Below, piece after piece: positions 1 through 14,702 of a DNA stretch of 64,000 nucleotides (positions are counted from its first letter, which is position 1; every line of letters starts with the position of its first letter). The stretch spans positions 35,402,001 through 35,466,000 of the forward strand of contig OX597829.1 of assembly GCA_951406725.2 (NCBI GenBank), written 5' to 3'. The stretch comes from Octopus vulgaris. Taxonomy: Eukaryota. A model generated the notes under the pieces. The model ran no database searches. It saw nothing but the letters and a program-made list of their open reading frames with translations, and was not told the DNA's origin. A program made the position numbers and the translations under genes.

Positions 1-144
1 TCGAGTTGGTCACGGGGCGGTTGCCTCCATTGTCAGCAAGTGTGTATACATTCTGTGGTCCTCCTACAGCATTAAGAGTATTTTCACCCTTATTTCTAGC
101 AATGTAGGTGCTAGTGTATGTGCGTATACGCGTACACACTCGCG

Positions 145-546
<402 letters not shown>

Positions 547-903
547 CGCGACTATGTACGCGTATATGCACATACACATTCACCCAAACATGTTTCAAAC
601 AAAAATGGCACTTGTAATAACAGTAGCACCGGAAGATAAGGAGCAATAGGATGATGGGGAGCAGCAAACAATTGATCACTTCTTAATGTTATGATTAACG
701 TTAATAGTGTAGTTGCTACGATTGTTGTGGCTGCTGCTTTTGCTGTTGTTGTTGTTATTGATGGTATGGTGCTTTTCATACATATTTGCCATTCTTTCCT
801 TTCCTCATTCTTTTTCCCGTTTGGATGGAAGGAAGACACACAGGGTGGGAGTTGGTGTTCGCTAAAGTAAAATAGGAAGAGAACCAGTTATTGAGATAAG
901 AAA

Positions 904-910
904 TGAGAGA

Positions 911-953
<43 letters not shown>

Positions 954-1102
954 AGAGAGAGGAGGAGAGGGAGACAAACAGTTTGACTGACGGAGAGTCA
1001 GTCAGGAGGTGGACAAAGGGAGATATATTCTGAAAGAAAGAATGAAGTAGCAGAGGAGACTGTGTTATGAAGAATGGATGCTGGAAGCAGAAATATAGGG
1101 AG

Positions 1103-1157
<55 letters not shown>

Positions 1158-1305
1158 GAAAGAGAGTGAGAGAAAAAAGAGAGAGAAAGATAGAGAGAGT
1201 GAGAGAGAGATAGATAGAAAGAAAGTGAGAGAAAGAGAGAGACTGAGAAAGTGAAGTGGAGAGAGGAGCGAGAGAGAACGATGACGGAGAAAGAGAAAGA
1301 AAGAA
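904..1305. repeat. (GA)n-rich purine tract with an internal (TA)n
   Basis: Direct reading. Confidence 0.9.
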
Positions 1306-1793
1306 TTGATAATAGAGGGGGTTGGTGGTGGTGAAGGTTGTTTTTAAAAGCAAAGCGGCGATTTGAAATGAACATAATAGTAGACATCATTTTACTCTTT
1401 GATAGAAACCAGATGTTACAAATAGCAAGTTGAGATGGCAATCTCAGATGTTTGCCTGCCTATGACGGAAGTAATAAATAATGTGACATACTGGACTAAT
1501 GTCATAAAAAAATCGAACAAAACCTATGCATTGAGAACCAAATATTCTTATCCCTACATACATTTCCTTCCTTCCTTCCTTCCTTCCTTCCCTCCTTCCT
1601 TCCTTCCTTCCTTCCTTTCTTTCTTTCTTTCCTTCCTACTCTTACCTCTTCTCTGCTCTAGTTTGAAAGAATAGAGCAGAGAAGGGGCTTATTATTGAAA
1701 TATTCTATAATTTAAATTTTCCACTAATCAAAATTTTAGGCCATTTAAATGATGAGCAAATGACAATGACAATATCAAACCAAAAGCAAGACT

Positions 1794-1819
1794 GCAGCAG
1801 CAGCAGCAACAACAACAAT

Positions 1820-1874
<55 letters not shown>

Positions 1875-1890
1875 GCAACAACAACAGCAA
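1794..1890. repeat. (CAG)/(CAA)n microsatellite
   Basis: Direct reading. Confidence 0.95.
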
Positions 1891-2442
1891 TCTAAAGAAA
1901 ACGAACATTAACGTCATGAAGAACAACGGTGGGAACAATAGTAACATCAACAACAGTATCGTCAACAACATGAACAATGTCGACTGCAAATATTTAGAGA
2001 ATGACCTCCTGACCTGCGACAAATAGCTGCCAATTTCCAATGGCAGTAAGTTGTGTAGTTCTAGACATATCTTCTAAAAAGTTGTGGTGTCATGGCAAGA
2101 AAGCTTTCGTTCATAGGTCTTCTTGATTGAGGCTGACATAGTTTTAAAAATAACAGCAATAACCACAACGGTTTGCTAAAACTAACAACAATAATACCAG
2201 CAACGACAATAACGTTGCACGCTTTTGTCTTTCTGTGTAGTTCTGTTCACTCCTCTCACGGCCTCCGCCTTGTATTATTACGAATTATCGTACTTTCACT
2301 TTCATTCCGTTATTCAAGTTTTCGTTTCTTTCAACAACTACATCATTTGATCAGTTCAGTTCTTGTCTCACCAGCGATTATGTTGTTTTCTGGGTTCGTT
2401 GAAAAATAACAGCCAAATTTATTTTTGATTCCACTTTACCGA

Positions 2443-2444
<2 letters not shown>

Positions 2445-2512
<68 letters not shown>
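2445..2512. repeat. (TA)n microsatellite
   Basis: Direct reading. Confidence 0.97.
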
Positions 2513-2515
<3 letters not shown>

Positions 2516-2818
2516 ATGGAAACATCAGATATAGTTATTCAGTTAAATAAAAAGGAGAATATTTTGGTCATGCCTGAAACACTTTTGATCATAGTTTAGC
2601 TAGATCAGAGATGACTTAGGTGCTGCGACAGCGGAAGCAGCAATAACAGAATTTGTCTTAGCTATTTATTGTTCGAATCTCTAATTACTGTATCCTCTAA
2701 GCACAAGGATTATGGACTGGCAGAAGCAATAGAATAGAATTCAGTTGCATCCTTTTCTGTTCTGTGTTCAATACTCGCTGTAGGAAATACTGCAAAGGAT
2801 TTTGTCAGTTTACTGCCT

Positions 2819-2925
<107 letters not shown>

Positions 2926-3053
2926 GCAAAACATATGAAAGAAAATTATTTCTTGGTGTAAATCATTTCAGGACGTCGAAATATTTATCTCGTATATGAA
3001 ACAGAATTGCTGTCGGGTCCGTTGTCATAGAAAAACACGTGTGTGCGAAAACA

Positions 3054-3285
3054 TATTTCTTTACTACCCACCAGGGGCTAAACACAGAGAGGATAAACAA
3101 GGACAGACAAACGGATTAAGCCTATTACATCGACCCCAGTGCGTAACTGGTACTTAATTTATCGACCTCGAAAGGATGAAAGGCAAAGTCGACCTCGGCG
3201 GAATTTGAACTCAGAACGCAACGGTAGACGAAATACGGCTGCGCATTTCGCCCGGCGTGCTAACGTTTCTGCCAGCTCGCCGCCT
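3054..3285 (-). mobile_element. tRNA-derived SINE, family B (central GTCGAC...CCTTTCATCCTTTCG...GTCGATAAA...AGTACCAG domain)
   Basis: The minus strand begins aggcggcgagctggcagaaacg and has B-box-like GTTCAAATTCC. Close copies at 20321-20552 and 46835-47063. Confidence 0.9.
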
Positions 3286-4384
3286 ACGTGCGTGAAAATA
3301 TAAACCACACGCGGAGATGCGATTTGCCCATAGAAGAATTGAAACAATGCGCGAGGATGCGGTGTCGCTATAGAAAAAAAGACAGGAAAAACTGTGAGTA
3401 CAAATAATAATCGTATATGCAGTCTCATAAATACACATAAATGTAATGCTTACATTGTTCACACAAGCAATCGTACATTTCGTATATGAAGAAGACAACG
3501 TATAACACACAGTGTTTAAACAAATTAAACGAGATAAATAATGATAACCATAGTTATAAAATGCAATACGTTGCATTTTAAATAGAGAGAAAAAAGATAT
3601 GCTTGATAATAAAACTTCGAAAACAAATAAAGGCGAATTTTTATCTATGAGTTTGAGGCGCTCAGATACGAAAACAACAATTGCACACAACCAGAGACGA
3701 AGTTCTGCCAAAAAGGTAACTCTAAACAGGTAGACCCCTCTCCTATTGTCACTGCCCAAGCGATAAACAAAACTAAAAAGGAACTGCAAAACTGTACCTG
3801 GGAAACACAGAAATAACAAGAGAAACATAGCAAATATGGAGAAGAAGAAATACTGATAGAAGCGGAAATGTTTCGGAGAATACTCTTGAGAATATCCAGG
3901 GATATATCCTACGAAAGGGAAAAGTGCCCCAAACCGAAATAGACAAACTAATAGATAAAATACACATGGAAAATAAAATAAAACTATTGAAATGGTTGCA
4001 AGACACAACGAAAATTTTAGGAAAATAAAAATAAGGAATAAGTGGAAATTTTACAGGTGAGTGTGTTACATTATAAGGCACAAAAAGAAAATGACTATCC
4101 CCAGACACAACAGAATATGTTTCAACCAAATCCAAAAACGAAAAATAAAACACATCACAACTCAAAACAATTGGACGCAATCAGGGAAAAACAGTACATT
4201 AGACATATCTCCGAAAACGCATAGGACACCACAAAAGAAAGGAGGGAACACAAAAGAGATAACACAACAAAGGGTAAATAACAGGCTATATCAAAGTTAA
4301 ATCTCTACACAGCTATCCAGCTCAGAAATAAATAGAATAGCACAGCAAATCAATAACACACAGGCGAATATTAACAATTAACAA

Positions 4385-5345
4385 TTAACAATCAAAAAGG
4401 CCAAAGAGATCCAAATAGTGACAAACGCATCATTGATGCAAAAACCATCAAACAAAAAGCAAAGAAGGCTTGCATAAATAATATCGAAGACAACTGGAAA
4501 AGTAAACTCCATGGAAAATACCATAACCGTCTGTCCAAGCCAGATATTGATCAAAATCTAACACACCAATGGCTACAACGGACAGGTCTGAAAGAGGAAA
4601 CTGAAGGTTTTGTTATTGCAGCGCACGGTCAGAGCGTACCTACCAGAAACTACCATGCAAACCTTCTTAAAGATGGATCTGACCCCTCGTGCAGAATTTC
4701 CAAAAAATTCACTGAGACTATTGATCATGTTTTTTCTAGCTGCCCAGTACTCGCTGAAAAGTAGTATCTCATAAGACATGACAGACTATGGCAGTACATC
4801 CACTGGAATGCTTGTAAATACTACAAAATTAAATCCCATGATAAGTGGTATAGGTACATTCCAGAGGATGTAGTAATATCGAGGCCATCACCATCTTTTG
4901 GAACTTCCCAATACAAACAGAGAGAAAAATTGACTCTAATCGACCTGAAATTGTGATCAAGGCCTACAACATAGGAACTAATCTGTTAATAGATATGTCT
5001 GACCCACATGATCAAAATATCTCAAGAAAGGAATACGAAAAGCTTTCTCACTATAAAGATCTGCAAGTTGAAATCACAAACATGCAGAAGCTGAGTACTA
5101 CAATAATACCAGTGGTAACTGGTGCGTTGGGAATGATAAAGTAGGGAGCTGAGAAGTATATTAAGCAACTCCCTGTTAACTCCAATCTCCGTGAACTACA
5201 AAAGATAACTTTGATGGGTACGGCCTATATACTACGGAAAGCACCCCTCATCTAAAATAGAATAATATGGTGATAATTTTAGCCTGCATAGTAAAACAAC
5301 AGTGCCCTTGCTACTCTTGGCTTCTGGAAGTTGCTCGGTACTAAG
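4385..5345 (+). mobile_element. R4/Dong-clade non-LTR retrotransposon, decayed 3' part (CCHC knuckle plus restriction-like endonuclease)
   Basis: Translations: KLHGKY, GLKEETEGFVIAA, CRI..ETIDHVFSSCPVL, RHD, NRPEIVI, LLIDMS, IIPVVTGALG. Stops and frameshifts present. Confidence 0.9.
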
Positions 5346-5349
5346 GCAA

Positions 5350-5865
5350 CTGATCTTAACTGATTGGAAATGTTATCATGTACTTTTTTTTATCTTGGTA
5401 TAAATGATGGGCTACAGCAAATATTTTGCTCAATACCACTGATTTGCTTATCAGTTATTTGCCCTTAACTAGTTGAGCATGTCCCTTAGTGGCTGACGAT
5501 ATGTGCATCTCTGATCATAAGCAGAAGTAGTGGGGGAGCATCATAGCCATGTGTTGAGAGGAAGTCTTTGAGGTTTGAATAATTCACCCGTGGAAACACG
5601 GGTGTTTTGTTCATAATCCTTAAAACAAGTCTTATTCAGGGACCTTTTGAGCGGGATGAGTTACTCGATCTGAAGAAAATTGTAACTGGGTCCCACCTGC
5701 AAGGTCATGTGCTGTTTATCTTGATATGAGATCACCATGTCGCGCACATATGGTTGTGACGCATGTGCCTGGTGTACCCTTATCAGATGGGTAGTCATGA
5801 TGGGTATACTGGGCTTCGTATATTTTACCCCAGTGTTACTTTGATGGCATGCACTGATCTCACTC
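5350..5865 (+). mobile_element. ~550 bp non-coding (TAA)n-associated element, family T
   Basis: Reverse-complement match to 33246-33799. Ends directly in an (AAT)/(AAC)n tract. Confidence 0.85.
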
Positions 5866-6984
5866 AATAATAATAACAATAATAATAATGATAATAATAA
5901 CAACAACAACAACAATAATAATAACAACAACAACAACAACAGCAGCAGCAGCAACAACAACAACAACAATAAAATAATAAACCCTGATCATGATACCCTA
6001 AAAGTGAGTATAAGCGAAGAATTAAAAGGCATAGAAGAAATTAGTGTGAAACCGAATGTACACTACAAAAATTTGACTTAATATGACAGCAAAAACAATA
6101 AAAAAACCCACTTAAATTTGGCTATCAAAGACATAATTCAGAGGCAAATATCAATATGATTAGGCTAAATGAAATGATATATGCAACTAATTAAGAATAA
6201 CAATATCATACTACACAATAAAAGAAAAAGAAAAAAAAAAGAAAAAATGGTATAAGAGGACTAAACCAAACCCAGATATACAAATGCCTAGAAATGAAGA
6301 ACTAGATAGGGTACAACATGAACAAAGGAAAGGAAAGACAAGATTCTTTTGGTACAATCCGCTGAAAGCAGAGAGAAGATCCTTTTCATATACTCCACTG
6401 GTAGCCAAGTCCCTCCTACATATGACAACATTTGCTCCAAACTATTTTACAAGTCAATGGTGCTCGGACACAGCGTATCCGAGCAGAAATGTTTCGACTT
6501 TCGAATTGCATTTTGGATAAGCTTAACTGCCGGTACTTCTTGTCTGACAAGTTTATCCCGTACCATCATTCCTATTTCGTTGTAATGCAACGATAGAATT
6601 TCTTGAAGATGTCCATAGACGTTGGGCTAAATTCTGAGGGATAGGTTGTTCAGTTCATATTCCTGCACGCCAACGGTCCTCCAGAGAACGTCATCGATTT
6701 TTTTCCTGCCGTTAATCCCTTCAAAATGCTATAGTTGAAATACCATCGATAACATTGCATTTATGGTAAACAACTGCAGACATCCGAGTACAATCCGTAA
6801 TAAACTAGTAATTAAGATAGATAGATCAACGGATAGCCAAATAGAGGAACACGTAGCAAGGGTGCAACATATAAAGTATAGTGAGTTGCAGAACATCGAT
6901 TGCTCTTGCAAGTGAAAGATAATGATATCATCTAGGGATGTCTAAAATCTAGAAATAGCAAGGAAGTGAAATTACTTCAATGAT

Positions 6985-7150
6985 AGGCGCAGGAGTGGCT
7001 GTGTGGTAAGTAGCTTGCTAACCAATCACATGGTTCCGGGTTCAGTCCCACTGCGTGGCATCTTGGGCAAGTGTCTTCTGCTATAGCCCCGGGCCGACCA
7101 AAGCCTTGTGAGTGGATTTGGTAGACGGAAACTGAAAGAAGCCTGTCGTA

Positions 7151-7248
<98 letters not shown>

Positions 7249-7445
7249 TCCCCCTAGCATTGCTTGACAACCGATGCTGGTGTGTTTACGTCCCCGTCAC
7301 TTAGCGGTTCGGCAAAAGAGACCGGTAGAATAAGTACTGGGCTTACAAAGAATAAGTCCCGGGGTCGACTTGCTCGACTAAAGGTGGTGCTCCAGCATGG
7401 CCGCAGTCAAATGACTGAAACAAGTAAAGGAATAAAAGAAAGAAA
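6985..7445 (+). mobile_element. tRNA-derived SINE, family A, full length, with internal (TA)n(TG)n and a CR1-like tail
   Basis: A-box TGGCTGTGTGG, B-box-like GGTTCAGTCC, CORE-like segment gtggcatcttgggcaagtgtctt, tail ggtgctccagcatggccgcagtcaaatgactgaaac. Many copies in the window. Confidence 0.92.
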
Positions 7446-7684
7446 GAATATCTGCTGATCTCTGGAAAATGAAGACAGTATAGTCAAGAGTGCATCTGGT
7501 CTTTAAAGCCAACCAATAGCAGCAATGGAGATGTTGTTGGCTTATTAGACTTCCTTAGCGAACTGTATTCATCTCAGTTCGTTAGAGATGATCAGTTATA
7601 TGCAGAAACAGGGAAAGTAGTTACACTAATTGCAATAAGGACCTCGGAAAATATCTTAGGAAGAAACACATGTAACATAATGAC

Positions 7685-8020
<336 letters not shown>

Positions 8021-8734
8021 ACGTGAGAGGGAGAGAGAGAGAGAGATTTGTACATAAGCTGATAGGTTTATGCGGTTGTATGACATCAAGTATGTCGATC
8101 ACAAAGCTATGATAAATATACCATGAAATACATGAAATCAAGCAGAAATAATGTGACTGGGACAAAGAATATTAATGTTTTGCCTACATTGCCTGGAGTA
8201 TGTTTAATGATATTGCATATAACGACAACCAGCGACATGCAACTGGAACACACAATATGGAACATAGATACAACGGCGAAACGACCAACGCAAAAAAAAA
8301 GTTATCGACATATATTGCACCACTACAGCTTAAGACAACACGCTGTAACGATTGTGACATTAGGAAAGAACGAAAGGCAGGAACAAGTCAGCATAAATCC
8401 ATGCACATACAAATAGAAATACAAAGCGCCCAACACATCTAAACACATCACCGAATAACAACAATGCATCATAAAAACCCAACATATTTCCTTTCCTTAA
8501 TGTAACAATTTTCTTTATCATTCCCATATCATATCACTTCCCTTCGCCTTACTGTTTTCCCCTCAAGCAGGATACTTAATTTTCTTTTGTTTACTTTTTT
8601 ATTTCTTGTCGTGGTGGGGGAAGTAAAATTGTTTATTGTCCAATGCAAAACATAGGGTTCGAATCCATATAATGCTTAGTGTATTGTTGTTAACAAAAAG
8701 ATATATTCTCTCACAATTTATACTAATCTCTTCT

Positions 8735-9890
8735 GGAACCTCTTCAGTTCAGCTTCCACTTTTTGAAATTTTATAACTAAGTGAAAACTTTCAAATTTGG
8801 TATATTGATGTAATTTTTCACACTGAGTCTGATACAGCTCTTAACTTCTAGAAAAATTTTAGAAAAATCTTACAGATATTTAAAGTTTGGTTATTTCTAC
8901 CCAATCGGAAAACGGGATTTGAAAGCTGGTGGTAATTTCGGCGTGATAACTTTTAACTAAGCAAAACGAAAGCAATATATTTCTACGGCGTAAGTTGTAC
9001 GAAGTTTTGAAGTTTTAATAAGTTTAAATGAATAAAATCAAGTGAAACGGCGGAACAGGCAAAATTAAAAGGAAAAAATGTTCAATGATATAATTTTTCT
9101 GCGAAAAATTGGAAAAAATAAACAAAACCAACGAAACGTTAAATTACAAAAAATATAAAAACAAAACAAAAACAAACTACGTTATACTACTGTAGTTCAG
9201 TTCACGTAAACAATTGATAGCAAAAATTTAACGAGTTTTAAGGCTAGACATAAGGTTTAGGGTTGGGATTTAGGATTAGGGTTAGAATAAGGATCTAGGG
9301 TTGGAATTAGGGTTTAGGTTTAAAGTTAAAGTTTAGGGCTAGAATTAAAGTTTAGGCTTGAGTTATGGGTTAGGATTAGAATTAAGGTTTAGAGTTAGAC
9401 TGAAGACTTAGGGTTGGCGTTAAGGTCAGTTCAACTAGTGAACGATCTGGGGGTTAATCAATAAGTAACATTTTTAGTGAACATTTTCTAAAAGTTTTCT
9501 GGAATAAATGAATAATGAAATTAGACTCAGCGTGAAAAATTACATTAATTTAGTAAATTTGTAAAAAACAAACAAACAAACAAACAAACAATACATTTTT
9601 TTAAAACAAAAATTCAAAAACGATAAGTTCTGAATATAGGTACGTAGTGGTAGTAGTTTTAAGCAGGCAGCAGCTTGGCTTGTTACTATAGGAACAGGAA
9701 CCAATATGTCTGTGGCTTTCGTTTCGCTAAAATACCCCAAATTTTCAAACTTTAAAAGCTTATTTATTAATGTATGGCAAAAATGAATTTCAGTTCCGTA
9801 GCACACAAAACTGCAACATTACATAAAATTTGAAATGAATGGAACAAAATTAAAGGTATTGAAAAGTGAAAGCTAAACAGAAAAAATCCC
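8735..9890. mobile_element. Non-autonomous DNA-transposon-like element with imperfect outer inverted ends, an inner inverted pair (8805-8872 / 9481-9548) and a degenerate TTAGGG array (9250-9425)
   Basis: cttcagttcagcttccactttttg resembles the reverse complement of gaaaagtgaaagctaaacagaaaa. tgtaatttttcacactgagtct pairs with agactcagcgtgaaaaattaca. A module is shared with 42159-43244. Confidence 0.6.
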
Positions 9891-12367
9891 TCCTCAGCAA
9901 AATATAATGTGTGGGTTCAAATTTATTAAAGTATTTTGCTTTATTGTTTCTTTTGTCTTTCATTTGTAGACACGTTTCGGTATTGTTATATCTTACAACT
10001 CAATACATATCTAAGGAATTTAAGCCAATGTGAATTAAAAAAAATTTATATATAGACCATTGTTTACAGGAAAAATGAAATTGAATAGAAATCGTATAGT
10101 GACACATTCCTCAATCTAGCTGGACGTGTTCAGGAACATGCATAATGTTTTTCGCCATGATTTTTCATTGGAATTAGGGAGAGTTTGTTTGGTAAGGATG
10201 AAACCATCGATTGCGCTTTAGAAAATTTGTTTACCCTGCAGCGAGGTTCAACTAATAATGAAAGGCTTTGGCCCTTGTTTGTTCGAACAAAATAATCATA
10301 AAGTACAATTCTAAAATAATGATAATGTGCAGGTTAATTTCATGTAAAATGGCTTTAATATAGTATAGTAAGACAGCAGGGTAACGCTGTTAGTAGGTTA
10401 GATTAGCAAGGTGGTATTGTAACTGAATAAACTAAGGGGAGTTGAGCTCCTAAAAATAAAGCAAGATGAACGGTTTCACAAGTAACAGAATCATGTATTT
10501 TTTACTAATACTAAAACTTCAGCAAATACACTGTTGCCATCATATCACTTTTGGAGAAACAATGAACATTGAAAAAGTGGAAATAGAACAAAAAGAAAAA
10601 CGGAAAATTAATAAAATAAAATAAAATAAACACAACACAACAGAATCAGAACAGAAACCATCACAAAAGATGTAAAATTGTCTGCGATGAAATTTTGTGT
10701 AGAACAGAAAATTCCAAATAGGATGAAATCATAAACTTTTTGACAAAATATTTACACTCACGTGATGCTTAACCAATGCTTTTCAATGGAATATTAATAA
10801 AATCAGACCCAAAATAGACATCGTAATCCAAGCAATCAGCCAATCAACCAACCAACCAAGCAAAGCAAGCAAGCAAGCAATAAATAAATAAATAAATAAA
10901 TAAATGAGGTCAGTAAAATTATTTAGAAAAACTTTCTCATCAATAATATATCAAACACTGACATCTGTAATCAAGAACATGCTTCCTACTAATCTGTTGG
11001 CTAATGGTATATCACTTTGGTACATTCCAGGAAGCATCAAATGAGAAAGAATGAAAGAACGGATGGATATATGGATGGCAGAGCAGGTAATTACTGAAGA
11101 TAGATAAAAACCAGAAAATATAGAAGTATGACACAAATTGATTACCGAAAAGTCTTTTATAACATACCATGGTCTTAAAGATAATGCAGATATATAATTA
11201 AGAGTCAATAAGTCAGTATACTGACCGTGACGTCATATAACATTAGTTATATAATTATTTTCCCAGAAATGTATCCTTCCGGAATGATCTCTACACAAAC
11301 ATCGAGCTGCAGAGGATAAGATATTTCCAGATCATCCTTTTATGTGGTACCTTTTAAATAAGTCATTAAAAAAGGGTAGAGAATCAGCCATGACGTTTGA
11401 GTTAATCATAATCTGGAAAGATCGTTGCAGCTCACGCTCAGCCTGAACATTCGGTTAGTGTCTAGTGGAAAAAGTCTACAAAGGCAATTGCTATTATCGT
11501 TATAGAAACAAATTACTATTTAGACCACTGGCACAAGGATAACACTTAAGTGTGAATCTCTTGGTAATCAAATCGACTAGAAATATTTCATTGGCTACCA
11601 ATGAAGGACAAGTAGACTCGTCTCACATGTAGCTAAATTTATATTTATTACTTACATATAGTGCATCCAGGGGCGGGGAGACATACTAAGACGTAGACTT
11701 ACAAAACTAAAAATTCCAAAGAATTTACTCGCTAGCTTCGAACCAGACCAATACCCAAAACGAATCGACGTAAATTTTTTGAGAAGGCCCAGTTACTGAT
11801 AGAGTGCATTCTCTCAGTAAAGAATAATGGTCCAATAAAATATAGACGGAATTTGACAATTCTGTGTATTCCCCGAATCTAAATTGATACTGATCTCGAA
11901 ACTTGAAATAAACAATTAGATTAAAACATCTAGGGTAGCTAAAATATATATCTGAACAGAGAAAACTTCATTTGGAATACGTCAAAAATATTCGAAAGAA
12001 CTATATCAGATAAGACTTAAAATAGAAGCTGAAGAACAATAGAGCAACTTGCTCAATTCCACCGGATATTTCTATGGATGAACACGTACTGTATTAATAG
12101 TTGAAAAAGATAGAAAACAGCTCCCTGGAACAACAGAATCCATGCTTTAAAAATATATGGCAAGATAGGTGAATTACTCTCCCCGTGAGGAGTGTCATCA
12201 AATTCGTGATCAATTCAGATAAAAGAAGAGAGACAAAACCATAAGCTCTAATTAAAATTTAAGACAGAATGTAGGCAATATATTTGGATGTGATTTGGAT
12301 CTATTCCCTCTCTCTCTCTCTCTCTCTCTCTACATACATACATACATACATATACATATACATATAC

Positions 12368-12691
<324 letters not shown>

Positions 12692-12873
12692 AAATGAGAA
12701 AATGGAGAAATATATCTAAATCAATCATCAACTATCAGATAATACCGAATCATATACTTTATTAAAACACTACACAATAGCAATGAGATTAGACATTAAT
12801 ACAGTACAATAATTACAATCAATATGGTGAGATATAACTAAATAAAATATAACAAGATATAAAAATACATTTA

Positions 12874-12999
12874 CATTATAACTGACTGCTGTTTCGGCCA
12901 TGAAGATAGGTATGTCTCATTTAACCTATTAGCCATATAATGCAGGTATAAATGAGACATTAACAAGACTATCTTACGGCCTCTTCGGAGATTCTAATG
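12874..12999 (-). ncRNA. Type I hammerhead-like motif with a very long stem II (U4C core variant)
   Basis: Minus strand: ct-CCGAAGA-ggcc...ggcc-GAAAC-agca-GTC-ag. Stem II pairs: ggccgt/atggcc, aagatag/ctatctt, atgtctcattta/taaatgagacat, acct/aggt. Confidence 0.65.
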
Positions 13000-13377
13000 C
13001 AAGTATGAGTACAAACCCTAAAATAATTTACATATAAATATAAATATGAGTGCATACATACTCATATTCTTACATATATATACATATACACAATAATACA
13101 ATATAAACAATATAAATCAATATACATCAACAAACACAATAATGTTCCATATTGAACGCCACAGCTCCTCAACCAACATCGAGAAACCACAACAGACACA
13201 CTCACACTCAGTGCAGGCATATATATTAAACAGTTCAATATATTAAAATGTGTCACTTCACAAAAAGCCAATAAAGTTAATACCACCACCATAGTACCAT
13301 CCAAGGCAAGTGGATATCTGCATTAGCAGTATATTGGATATATGTTATCCCATGGAGGGTTGAATTTACAACCCCTA

Positions 13378-13461
<84 letters not shown>

Positions 13462-13465
<4 letters not shown>

Positions 13466-13683
13466 TGTGTGCGTTTGTGTGTCTGTTTGTCCCCTAGCAT
13501 TGCTTGACCGATGCTGGTGTGTTTATGTCCCCGTTACTTAGCGGTTCGGCAAACGAGGCCGATAGAATAAGTACTGGGCTTACAAAAGAATAAGTCCCTT
13601 ACAAAAGAATAAGTTGCTCGATTAAAGGCGGTGCTCCAGCATGGCCGCAGTCAGATGACTGAAACAAGTAAAAGAGTAAAAGA

Positions 13684-13685
<2 letters not shown>
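13462..13685 (+). mobile_element. SINE family A, 3' half
   Basis: Matches 7240-7430. Confidence 0.9.
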
Positions 13686-13717
<32 letters not shown>

Positions 13718-13821
13718 AGACATTTGAAATTTTATCCCTAATGTAATCGGTAAAACTAAGCACGTGTCTGTCTTGGCACAGAAAGCTGGGGTTAGTTTTT
13801 CAGATTGCATTTACACTGAAC

Positions 13822-13900
13822 GAATGCACTGATGAAGCCACGGACATTTGAATTATGTAAGTAATTCTTTTGTTAAAGGCCGAAACCGAGGTATGCATTT
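13822..13900 (+). ncRNA. Type I hammerhead ribozyme motif, canonical core
   Basis: gaatgca-CTGATGA-a gcc...gaatta tgtaag taattc...ggc c-GAAAC-cgag-GTA-tgcattt. Stem I aatgca/tgcatt; cleavage triplet GUA. Confidence 0.85.
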
Positions 13901-14163
13901 AATTCTGTTTTTTATATAAATTTTCATCTGTCCTGCCCGCCAAATTTGGTTCTGGTGTTCGCTGAATTTTCCCTCTAGAGAATTTCCTTTGTAGTTTGAT
14001 CGTTGATGATCTATTTCTAGCATACGGCCGACTACCTAGCAGTCTTGCCCTGCCAATATACGCATATATTAGAATTTTCTCTGACTTCTCAGATTTTTTG
14101 TATGCTGGACTAGTGGTTTTAAATTGATATTAAAATTAATATTAATTTATATCCCTCATTATT

Positions 14164-14218
<55 letters not shown>

Positions 14219-14236
14219 TATACGTACATACATACA

Positions 14237-14452
14237 TATATATGTATTTTATTTGTTCCAGTCTTTTAAATGCGGCAATGCTCGAGCACCGCCTTTAGTC
14301 AAACAAATCAACCCCATGACTTATTTTTTGCGAGCCTATTACTTATTCTATCGGTCTGTTTTGCCTAACCGTTAGATTACGGGGACGTAGACACGCCACC
14401 ATCGGTTGTCAAGCGATGTTGGGGAACAAACGCAGACACATAAAATACATAC

Positions 14453-14528
<76 letters not shown>

Positions 14529-14688
14529 GACGTACTTCTTTCAGTTTCCGTCTACCAAATCCACTCACAATGCTTTGGTCGGCCCGAGGCTATAGTAGAG
14601 GACACTTGCCGGGAGTGCTACTCAGTGGGAATGAACCCGGAACCATGTAGCTGGTAAGCAAGCTACATACTACACAGCCACTTCTGCA
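14237..14688 (-). mobile_element. SINE family A, full length, diverged
   Basis: Reverse-complement similarity to 6985-7445, with internal (TA)n. Confidence 0.9.
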
Positions 14689-14702
14689 TATATATATATA
14701 AA

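Noticed and set aside
3211-4008. 265 aa minus-strand ORF
   Set aside because: Hydrophobic read-through of A-rich DNA that ends in a SINE; no domain motifs.
9250-9425. True telomere or chromosome-fusion site
   Set aside because: Short, highly degenerate, single orientation, and enclosed by inverted repeats of a probable mobile element.
9965-10015. Minus-strand hairpin followed by GAAACgtGTC
   Set aside because: No CUGANGA box and no stem I.
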